NCBI GenBank assembly: GCA_965228855.1
Contig: CBDDIJ010000003.1
Coordinates: forward strand, 128,001 to 192,000
From: Candidatus Obscuribacterales bacterium
GTDB lineage: Bacteria; Cyanobacteriota; Vampirovibrionia; Obscuribacterales; Obscuribacteraceae
DNA length: 64,000 nucleotides
Direction: 5' to 3'
Part shown: piece after piece, positions 53,280-61,047 of the stretch
Layout of the letters: each line of letters starts with the position of its first letter
How positions within the stretch are numbered: position 1 is the first letter of the stretch
The notes under the pieces: generated by a model
What the model was told of the DNA's origin: nothing
Seen by the model: the letters and a program-made list of their open reading frames with translations, nothing else
The model's database searches: none
Made by a program: the position numbers and the translations under genes

Positions 53280-53819
53280 TTACTCGTTCAAACCTTGCGG
53301 GCTTTCTGCAAACTCGCGGGCAGTAATAGTCGTTGTCCAGGGTCCGGTGAGACCTGGCACATTTAAGATGAAAGGTGCGTTGTATGTTATCAATGGCTCA
53401 AGACTGCCTGTAACAGTAGTTTCCATCGCATAGATATATTGTTGGGTGTTTGCCGGCGTAGTCAGTTTATTTTCAAAGCGAGACACCGCTTGAGTATTGA
53501 TATCGGTGGCGAGGATATCGACATCGATATTGTTGACTGTGATGCCGCTGTACTTACTTACGAACTGATTTACTGCAAGAGGTGCAGCGGCTATTGCGCT
53601 TGGCTTGCCGGTGCTGCCTGTTTGAAACGTATACGACGTTGCCGCTGCGTGGGCGCCATCGCGAGCCGCTTCAGCGAGCATCGCCCAGCGCAGTCCAGTC
53701 GTGCCTAAATTGATAATAGGAAAAACGAACATAAAGAACAGGACCATCAACACGCCTGGCATTTCCGCGATTGCGTTTCCATGGGCTCTTCTTTTCTCAT
53801 TTAGATGAACGTTTTGCAT
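53280..53819 (-). CDS. TadE-like pseudopilin
   Basis: RRAHG|NAIAE cleavage-type motif, hydrophobic helix, AARDGAHAAA. Confidence 0.8.
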   Translation of the reverse strand: MQNVHLNEKRRAHGNAIAEMPGVLMVLFFMFVFPIINLGTTGLRWAMLAEAARDGAHAAATSYTFQTGSTGKPSAIAAAPLAVNQFVSKYSGITVNNIDVDILATDINTQAVSRFENKLTTPANTQQYIYAMETTVTGSLEPLITYNAPFILNVPGLTGPWTTTITAREFAESPQGLNE

Positions 53820-53951
53820 ATGTTGAAATCTTGAAAACGGCGGAGGATTTACAAGTGGAATCTACCAGGGCGTCCATGCTGCGCTCTGATGAAAAATATA
53901 TGTAGTGAATATGCGGACGGGTGTCGATGTGGATCTTTTGGCTGTATGACC

Positions 53952-54027
53952 ACTATAAGTTCAGTTCGTGAAGCGTAAGTGAATCGAACGTGAAAACAGC
54001 GTGAATCCAAAGTGAAGAGTGCGTGAA
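53952..54027 (-). promoter_or_regulatory. Promoter with 6x TTCAC at 11-bp period and TATAGT -10 box
   Basis: + strand GTGAA at 53968, 53979, 53990, 54001, 54012, 54023; ACTATA at 53952-57, 10 nt away. Confidence 0.8.
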
Positions 54028-54410
54028 ATTCGCGACTTTTAGATTTTATCTGTCCTACTGCAAATTCTCGTAGATTTCGAAAACATGCTACAGCACTGCC
54101 TTTTGGGGCGCGATATATTGAATTTCTATCGCATCTTTATCGCTTAGATCGTCTTGCATTAATGGTTAGACGAGACTTATGATGTTGGCATAGAAGTTAC
54201 ACATGGTTCATACACGAGTCGCTCCGATGCACAAGGCGCGCAATACTTGCGCCTCGAGCTAAGAAGACTAGAACCATCGCCGAAAGAAAGCTCAATGCCC
54301 TGAGGCTTCTGGACGCAACTTCCGCAAACATGGATACATACAAAATAAAGTGCGATGGTGACACCACCAGCGGTATCATGCTGCTGTAAGCTGTCGCATA
54401 GGAGGTAACA

Positions 54411-54734
54411 ATGACACGCGAAACAGATTATCTGTCCCTTGGTGAGCAATTCGAAGAAAACGGAAAGTATTACAAGGCTGAGAGACTGTATAAAAAAGCT
54501 CTCGACCTCAAATCAAAAACCGTAGATCCGATGAGTTCCGAACTCGTACCTTATCTCTATAACCTCGGCATGGTTCAAGCAGCGCTTGATAAAACAACCG
54601 ATGCATACAGAAACCTTGGTAAGGTTATTGCAATCTTGCTCAAAGAACACGGCGAAGACTTCGCGGATATCAAAGAAATCCGCGGCGTACTCAACAGCCT
54701 GACCGAAAGCCAAGAACTGGTAGCAAACGCTTAA
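54411..54734 (+). CDS. Small TPR protein (about 2 repeats)
   Basis: AGGAGGT SD; LGEQFEENGKYYKAERLYKKALDL, YLYNLGMVQAALDK. Confidence 0.88.
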   Translation: MTRETDYLSLGEQFEENGKYYKAERLYKKALDLKSKTVDPMSSELVPYLYNLGMVQAALDKTTDAYRNLGKVIAILLKEHGEDFADIKEIRGVLNSLTESQELVANA

Positions 54735-54754
54735 GTAAGCGAAAAGAGAGAGAA

Positions 54755-55029
54755 GTGAACCTCGTCAACCACACCAGACGATGTTCACGGAGTGGAGAAA
54801 ACGAAGTTTGTTGCATGACACCACGGCAATCTTCGTCGAGTAGAGAGAACGCCACGTTGCGCACCAAGACGCGGTCGTTCAGGCAGATAGACAACTAGGC
54901 TAATCTACGTTGTCCGGGCGGATTCCTCAGATCCGCGAAGAACGGTTTCCCAGCTCCGTTCGGAATGCGAATCGCATTCATTTAATCGGGGTTCGCTGGA
55001 ACCCTGTAAGTAGCGAATCAGCCTTCGCT
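54755..55029 (+). ncRNA. Candidate structured RNA / 3' UTR of nine tandem hairpins
   Basis: Nine consecutive inverted repeats with 6-11-bp stems; the first three loops share CACCA. Strand inferred from G-U pairs. Confidence 0.5.
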
Positions 55030-55031
55030 CT

Positions 55032-56147
55032 TTAGACTTTGGCCGTGAGAAGCGTCGCCAGATTGAACGCAAGAAAATTGCGCACTATCTTCTCCAGTGG
55101 CGAGCTGTCATAAAATGCATTGTGCTCGGTACGAAACAACTCTTCGACTGTTTCCTCCTCGCCCCTTGCCACCTGTACTGATACCACTAATTCGCTGCCG
55201 ACGATTTCTAATCGGAAGCGCATGGTTAGCCGGGCATCAGGCACTAAGCGATAATTGAACTTGACGAAAGCGGTGTACACCGGACGCAAAACTTCTTTGC
55301 GGTATCCGGCTTCCATCTCGCGGAAATCCGGTTCTAGTGCAGTCGCCAGTTCTGAGAAAACCATCTGCAGACCGTTGAAGGCGGTTTGCAATCGCATCTC
55401 ATGCGGCGTAACTGTTTGTGATTGAGTGGAAGAACGCAGACCTTTGAGAAGCTCATCAAGACTGGATGCGGACAGTTCTTGTTTGCTGTACGCTTTGAGT
55501 CTTTCGAGATCCTCGATCAGGTCTTGAGATGTTTGATATCGTTCAGCGTGCGACCATTGAAAGGCTCGATCGAAAATTTGATTGACGAGAAACAGTCTGT
55601 TTTGCGAAACCTCCAACAGTTTATTCCGCACAGACGGCCTTTGATGGGGCATGCGACCTTCGCGGTCCTTTAGTGTGCCTGGTTCTTCGCGAGTCAAAGT
55701 GTAAAAGAAAAGTCCGGCGACAGCTGTGATGTCGCTCACTCGATCGTTGCGCTCAGCCACACGGATGTTTACCTGATATTCCGGAAGCTCGAGAAATGCG
55801 TTGGCTTTGCCGTGTCCATTGCTGTCGCCGTTTCCGTTTGTGTAACTGCTGATCGAAATAGGAAAACTAAAATCTATCAAGACCGGGCGTCCATCAGACA
55901 TAACGATCTGATCAGGTCGTAAGTGCGAGTGCGTCATATTGCGCTCGTGGCAGTACATGAGAACGTTCAGAATTCGAAGACACATCTCAGCAGCCTCGTC
56001 GAGTGAGATCGTCCCTTTACTCGCGAGGTATGTATCGAGTGTCAAAAAATTCGTTTGTTTTTTCTGCATTAAGTGAGTGAGCGCTTTGCGAAACACAAAA
56101 GCGTGAACAGGGTTCCTTATAGTATATGTACCCTCGATGGTTTGCAT
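55032..56147 (-). CDS. Pseudokinase-like protein (kinase C-lobe with degenerate catalytic motifs)
   Basis: HSHLRPDQ in place of HRDLKPxN, DFS in place of DFG, LPE, SDI, ERYQT. No Gly-rich loop or VAIK lysine. Confidence 0.75.
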   Translation of the reverse strand: MQTIEGTYTIRNPVHAFVFRKALTHLMQKKQTNFLTLDTYLASKGTISLDEAAEMCLRILNVLMYCHERNMTHSHLRPDQIVMSDGRPVLIDFSFPISISSYTNGNGDSNGHGKANAFLELPEYQVNIRVAERNDRVSDITAVAGLFFYTLTREEPGTLKDREGRMPHQRPSVRNKLLEVSQNRLFLVNQIFDRAFQWSHAERYQTSQDLIEDLERLKAYSKQELSASSLDELLKGLRSSTQSQTVTPHEMRLQTAFNGLQMVFSELATALEPDFREMEAGYRKEVLRPVYTAFVKFNYRLVPDARLTMRFRLEIVGSELVVSVQVARGEEETVEELFRTEHNAFYDSSPLEKIVRNFLAFNLATLLTAKV

Positions 56148-56350
56148 AAACTCATTTATCTGTCCCCGTGAAGAAACCGTTTTGGTCCGCTGGGGCGCCT
56201 TTTGCGCAATTTGTTCTTGCGCTGAAGTGGAATCGACCGCTCCTCTTGACTGCTTGCGGACTTTGAAGACCTTCGCGGGTCTCGCTTTTGAACTGCGGAT
56301 GTCCGAGTGTTAAGGGCCTGAAACTCCCACTAGCGGCAAATGCGGTTAGG

Positions 56351-56402
56351 TGTTATATTGAGTGAGTACACTTTGTAATCACGTAACTACAAATCGTAAT
56401 CA
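56351..56402 (+). promoter_or_regulatory. Extended -10 promoter and putative autoregulatory operator of the RHH gene
   Basis: TGtTATATT (56351-59); GTAATCA at 56375 and 56396, GTAACTA at 56383; inverted repeat TTTGTA/TACAAA (56372-93). Confidence 0.5.
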
Positions 56403-56995
56403 TGGGCGAAAAGACAACCAACATAAGCATTCGAATTCCTGATGAATACAGGAAACGCCTCCAGATGCAGGCAGACAAGAAGGGCGTAAGCTTAAACGCC
56501 CACCTGCTGCGCGTTTTGGAAATACATTTGATGAACTCCGGCTTTGGACCGCCCTCACTGACTTCGCCGTCGGGCCGCCTGTTTCAAATTCGCTGCGAAC
56601 CATACCTCGACAATATTGATGAGACGACCTGGGCGTTCTTCATCGATGAGCCGAAATATGAGAAAGAGCGCGCATATTATCTAATCGGAATTGGTCGTAC
56701 CATCCTCCGCGATTGGAACGTCAAGGACAAAGCCACCGTTTCCAAGGAAGTGGGATTGGCGCTGTTGGCCTATTACAATCGCACCGGAATTGAAATCGAT
56801 CGGCTGTTATGGAACCAATATCCGGGACCCGACAATGATGGACGCCGGGTTTTGCAAGTTTCGGAAGTCCCCGAAACGCTTGAAGAGTTTTTTGACCTTT
56901 TGATGACTGAGAAATGGTCCGACAAATTTGTCTCACAAGACGAAAAGAGCCAGGACCTTCGAAGAGGAAGACAGGAAGCGGCGTTATATCGCTAG
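56402..56995 (+). CDS. Ribbon-helix-helix (Arc/HicB-like) DNA-binding protein with unknown C-terminal domain
   Basis: TNISIRIPDEYRKRLQMQADKKGVSLNAHLLRVLE matches the RHH pattern. Confidence 0.8.
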   Translation: MGEKTTNISIRIPDEYRKRLQMQADKKGVSLNAHLLRVLEIHLMNSGFGPPSLTSPSGRLFQIRCEPYLDNIDETTWAFFIDEPKYEKERAYYLIGIGRTILRDWNVKDKATVSKEVGLALLAYYNRTGIEIDRLLWNQYPGPDNDGRRVLQVSEVPETLEEFFDLLMTEKWSDKFVSQDEKSQDLRRGRQEAALYR

Positions 56996-57167
56996 GCTTC
57001 GTGGTTGCTTTTAGCAATCTGTATAAAACGGACGAAGACACAGCCGGAGCAATGCTCCAGCCAGGGTTGTTCGTACCTTCGCATGCTCGAATTCAATGAG
57101 CCTCTGCGTAAATTAGAAGCACGCGCCTGGACAATGCTTTGTGCGCGTGTGAACCGAGGAGAACCAC

Positions 57168-58082
57168 ATGCTGGAATTTTTAATTGTATTTGCACTGAGC
57201 TATGTTTGGCACGCTATGGGTGTCACGATCGGGTATCACAGACTGATTTCGCATCGATCATTTCGGTGCCCAAAGTTTGTCGAGCACTTCTGGGTGCTTG
57301 GCGGATACCTCGCCTTCGAGGGATCACCGCTCTGGTGGGCGACTATTCACCGCGCGCACCACAAATATTCCGACACTCCCCTTGATCCGCATTCTCCTAG
57401 GAACGGATTATTCAACTCGCACACCGGTTGGATGTTGAAAGATAAGTATCCGGCAGAGTTCAGTCCGGAACGAAATGCAAAAGATTTGATTGCTGACCCG
57501 ATTTATCGTTTTCTCGATCAAGGCGGCAACTGGCGCAGAAATCATACGCTGTGTCTGGTGCTCTGCCTTCTCGTACGAGTTGTGATACTCGCTGTCTTCG
57601 GATGGCAAGCCGCTCTTGCAAGTTTGCTTGCAGGTCTGGTCGTACTGCAGATTCCCCTGGCGTTGAATGTGCTCTGTCATATTCCCAAGCTTGGCTATAA
57701 AAATTACAGCTCAAAAGACGATAGCGTGAATGTCTGGTGGATTGGCATTCTTGCAATGGGTGAAGGTTGGCATAACAATCACCACGCCGCCCCCGGCTCC
57801 GCGCGAACCGGCATGAGACCATGGGAATTCGATGCTTCGTGGCTGACGATCAAGTTGATGAAGTCGGTAGGGCTCGTCTCTAAAGTCAACGAAATGACCC
57901 ATGAAAGAATGATGAAGAAGCAGCAGCAGGAAGAGCACACGAAGGTCAAGAAGGCTTTGCTGGAGAAGTATAAAGTTACGCCGCGCAGAGCTAATCACAA
58001 ACTGTCGCCCACAATAGCGGCTGCTATCCCGCCTGTGATCGCAACACTCCCTCACGTTTCAAACTTGCCGCCACTAACTTAG
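57168..58082 (+). CDS. Acyl-CoA/acyl-lipid delta-9-type fatty acid desaturase
   Basis: His boxes HRLISH, HRAHH, HNNHH; DPHSP, GEGWHNNHH. Confidence 0.95.
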   Translation: MLEFLIVFALSYVWHAMGVTIGYHRLISHRSFRCPKFVEHFWVLGGYLAFEGSPLWWATIHRAHHKYSDTPLDPHSPRNGLFNSHTGWMLKDKYPAEFSPERNAKDLIADPIYRFLDQGGNWRRNHTLCLVLCLLVRVVILAVFGWQAALASLLAGLVVLQIPLALNVLCHIPKLGYKNYSSKDDSVNVWWIGILAMGEGWHNNHHAAPGSARTGMRPWEFDASWLTIKLMKSVGLVSKVNEMTHERMMKKQQQEEHTKVKKALLEKYKVTPRRANHKLSPTIAAAIPPVIATLPHVSNLPPLT

Positions 58083-58123
58083 GACCTCACAAGGCTCTTC
58101 GAAAGGCGCAGACCTATTATGCC

Positions 58124-58168
58124 ATTGCCGGCGGTGTCGCTTCTTAAGCGCACCGCCGGCAATTTTTT
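58124..58168 (+). terminator. Rho-independent terminator after the desaturase
   Basis: ATTGCCGGCGGTG / CACCGCCGGCAAT stem followed by T tract. Confidence 0.9.
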
Positions 58169-58282
58169 CCTCCGTTGGCATGCGGCGAAGGTTCTGTGCG
58201 GTGTCTAAGTTCGAAAAATCACCCTTACCGAATCTCTACTCGTGGTCTAGAATGGAATTATCGCCAGGTAGAGGTTAGCTCT

Positions 58283-58927
58283 ATGATCAGGCTCACCAAA
58301 TGCCAGTTAGCCATAGTGGCAGTTTCATGCCTGGTGTTTGGCTGGGGTGAAGTCGCTGGTCAAACTCATGTTTTTGGGAATTCCTCTTATAAACAAACAA
58401 GAGCCCGCTCTCAACGTGAGGAATGCAAGGCAAAAGTTGGAACCAAGGCGCCGGAATTCACAGGCTTAACCTGGGTCAATTCCCCGCCGATTACGTTAGC
58501 TAGCTTGAAGGGAAAAACAGTTCTGCTGCACTTCTGGAGAGGTGAATGCGATTGCTGTCACGAATCAGTGGACGCGATTAGACTTCTTCAGAGGAACTAT
58601 TCTTCGATGGGACTCGTGGTTATCGGCATTCGCATGGGAAAAAAGGACGACGCTCTGGTCAACCAGTGGGAAGTAAATTTTCCGATTGCCGTCGATGAGA
58701 AAGAGAGCACCGTCAAAAGATATTGGTTCGACAACACTTCCAATTGGACCCCAGGGACTTACCTGATCGATAGGAACGGTACAGTCAAATGGGCGTGCCA
58801 GCAGCAATACTTGTGGCGACCAATGAAGGCGGCATGTCCGGATTTTACTGCTGTGTCGGTAGCGATTAAAAACGAATTGAATCAACCGCAGAAAAAAGTT
58901 TCTCAGGTTTCTAGAGTCGGCCTTTGA
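58283..58927 (+). CDS. TlpA/ResA-like thioredoxin-fold protein, exported
   Basis: Start reassigned to MIRLTK (ATG 58283). APEF, LKGKTVLLHFW, CDCC, PGTYLIDRNG. Confidence 0.85.
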   Translation: MIRLTKCQLAIVAVSCLVFGWGEVAGQTHVFGNSSYKQTRARSQREECKAKVGTKAPEFTGLTWVNSPPITLASLKGKTVLLHFWRGECDCCHESVDAIRLLQRNYSSMGLVVIGIRMGKKDDALVNQWEVNFPIAVDEKESTVKRYWFDNTSNWTPGTYLIDRNGTVKWACQQQYLWRPMKAACPDFTAVSVAIKNELNQPQKKVSQVSRVGL

Positions 58928-60008
58928 GTTTCTCCAGCAACTTCTTTGCCCCCTCGCTCTTGGTCAGGCGATTGATCAGGCTGCGCGTTCTATCCGCAGC
59001 GGCTTGAGGTGCAATGTCCTGCAGGCTGTAGCGGACAAGTTCTTGCACCTGTGCGTCAGTGTCTTCGCCAAGTCTCCTCATAGTATCTCTCAAGTCATAT
59101 AGTCGTGCGACTTTATACTGACTGATGAGATCCGATGGCGACATTGGAACAAGTTCTACTGAAATCGGAACATCTGCGTTCACCTTTGGTGAGAAAAATT
59201 CGACGGTGAATAGTTCCCTCTCCCCGTCTTTTCGGAAATACATTCGTCTAATATTTTCTTTCTGAAAACCATACGCAGGGAACAAGTCCTTCATGCTCGC
59301 GCCTTGAGTCGGACCCGCTAACATCCTGCCGACTAGTTGGTCCTGGTGGCTTGCGGCATACTCCTGCATACGCTGAGCGGCTAAGCGTTTTAAATCATTC
59401 TGTTCGTTCTTCAATTCTTGTCCGATCGATTTAGCAACTGCGTTAAAATCGATTTTGTCGTCATCATGCTTGCCATCGCCCGCGGTGTCCATAAAGCGAG
59501 CAGCAGGATTGCTTATCAAAACCACAGGAGAATTGGTCTCAAATGAGTGAACCGCAATTTCGTTTCTCGCGAACGGGTCCGGTAACACTAGTGGATTTGC
59601 TCTCAGGTTATTCGCGCTCAGCTTCGGAAAACGTCTTTCGTCGAACGACACGTTCGGCACTGGCGTGAACATGCGCTCGACAGCCATTATCAATGCCTGA
59701 TCCATACGCTGCTTTGTCATCACGATTGCGCCGCATGCAACATAATTTTGGAAGTCTGACATTCCATGGGTGTGCATCGCCGGTTGGAAGAATAGTTGAT
59801 CTGTAAGCGAGTTCACTACCGCGTTGGAGTCGCAGTATCGGTAAAACGATTTCGCGTCTCTATGTGCTATCGCGGTTCCAACCTGTTGAATCGCATAGTA
59901 TGGGGTATGCATATACCAGGCGTAGACTAATATTCCGAGCACACATAGCGTCGCGAGCGCTATTAGTCCTACGCGCAAAAAGTTGATGGTCTTGCGGTTC
60001 TCACTCAC
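58911..60008 (-). CDS. Membrane-anchored hypothetical protein (DUF2939-like N-terminus)
   Basis: TM followed by TPYYAIQQVGTAIAHRDAKSFYRYCD; 4-nt overlap with the WYL gene. Confidence 0.65.
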   Translation of the reverse strand: MSENRKTINFLRVGLIALATLCVLGILVYAWYMHTPYYAIQQVGTAIAHRDAKSFYRYCDSNAVVNSLTDQLFFQPAMHTHGMSDFQNYVACGAIVMTKQRMDQALIMAVERMFTPVPNVSFDERRFPKLSANNLRANPLVLPDPFARNEIAVHSFETNSPVVLISNPAARFMDTAGDGKHDDDKIDFNAVAKSIGQELKNEQNDLKRLAAQRMQEYAASHQDQLVGRMLAGPTQGASMKDLFPAYGFQKENIRRMYFRKDGERELFTVEFFSPKVNADVPISVELVPMSPSDLISQYKVARLYDLRDTMRRLGEDTDAQVQELVRYSLQDIAPQAAADRTRSLINRLTKSEGAKKLLEKLKGRL

Positions 60009-61018
60009 TTTGTCACCGCCTGGTATGCTTCGTACATTCTTCTGATTTCAGTTCGCTCCTGTTCCACCAGTGACGGTGGCGATATTATCTTCGCGCGCGC
60101 TCCAAATGAACGAATCCAGTGGATAAATTCCCTCGCTTCAGCAAGCTTGATACTAAACTCTACGTCGCCTGTTCCATCCTTCAAAGGTAGAACCTTTCCT
60201 TTAGGATGTCTCTCAACGGCCTCCAAAATGTACGGTGCAATTGTTCGTTCAAACCGGGCCACTATCGGCGGTTGCTTTTCAGCCTCTTCGAGTAGCTTCA
60301 TGCTGCGGGGGAAAGTCATTCCCCAGCCGCAGTTCATCAGGTAGTTAGCCTCTCTGAAGTTTTCCTCCGAATCCTCGTTGATACCGTGACTTTCAACGAT
60401 CTTCAAATCCTTGATGCGATCGATTCTGCGAGGGAAGTACACTTTGTCCTTTAAATCCCGGGTAATGCAATACCAACCGCGCTCATGAAACACCATAAGC
60501 AGAGGGAAACCGTTTGCTGTTTCATCCTTACCGACTCGGGGCGTGTTGTACACATATCGAACGGCTTGCCGCGTTCGAATCGCTTCTTTCAAGATGCTGA
60601 TCGTTTCAGGTCGATCTTTGCTCTTCATGATGTTGCGCTGTCTGACCGTGCTTATGCGCTGTCCACTTGCTATGTTCTGACCTCGCTGAAGGCTGAGTTC
60701 TGTCAATCTGTTTAACACCTCGTGTGCTTCGGGATCGTCCATGCGCACACTCAGCATGTGGAGCGCGTCAAGAACTAAACTCATCTCTGAGTCGGACAAG
60801 GTGCAAATGTCTTCCAAGACGTACCCGCTGCGCAGTCGCTCCTTGTCCGGAAGCAATTGATACTCGTGTTTCAACACCAGAATGTCTTTCGCCAGCGTCC
60901 TCTCGGTGACCGTGATACCTAGCGATGGTAGCTCGTTCTTCAAACCTGTCAGCGTGATGCCTGGATTGTTGGCGATCACCTTTATGATTGCAGACAGTCG
61001 TTTAATTTTGTCTGACAC
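60005..61018 (-). CDS. HTH-WYL-WCX transcriptional regulator (PafB/C-like)
   Basis: N-terminal HTH (VTERTLAKDI), WYL (RGWYC...RRIDRI), WCX (WIRSFG...ISPPSL). Confidence 0.92.
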   Translation of the reverse strand: MSDKIKRLSAIIKVIANNPGITLTGLKNELPSLGITVTERTLAKDILVLKHEYQLLPDKERLRSGYVLEDICTLSDSEMSLVLDALHMLSVRMDDPEAHEVLNRLTELSLQRGQNIASGQRISTVRQRNIMKSKDRPETISILKEAIRTRQAVRYVYNTPRVGKDETANGFPLLMVFHERGWYCITRDLKDKVYFPRRIDRIKDLKIVESHGINEDSEENFREANYLMNCGWGMTFPRSMKLLEEAEKQPPIVARFERTIAPYILEAVERHPKGKVLPLKDGTGDVEFSIKLAEAREFIHWIRSFGARAKIISPPSLVEQERTEIRRMYEAYQAVTK

Positions 61019-61047
61019 TGTTGTTCACCTTGTCCAGAGTGTTCCGA

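Noticed and set aside
53968..54027. Regularly spaced GTGAA repeats as a mini-CRISPR or iteron array
   Set aside because: The 5-bp repeat and 6-bp spacer are far too short for CRISPR, and there is no cas or rep gene. The geometry fits transcription-factor boxes.
54273..54325. CCGAAAG ... GGACGCAA resembling a c-di-GMP-I riboswitch
   Set aside because: The GAAA is not closed by a stem leading into GGACGCAA, and the spacing and P2 receptor do not fit.
54755..54880. Minus-strand UGGUG loops as T-box antiterminators, or the array as tmRNA
   Set aside because: There is no full T-box consensus (GGTGGnACCGCG), specifier stem or downstream synthetase gene, and no tRNA-like 5'/3' ends for tmRNA.
56402..56995. 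HicAB-type toxin-antitoxin module
   Set aside because: No adjacent small toxin ORF and no recognisable HicB RNase H-like domain; only the RHH is supported.
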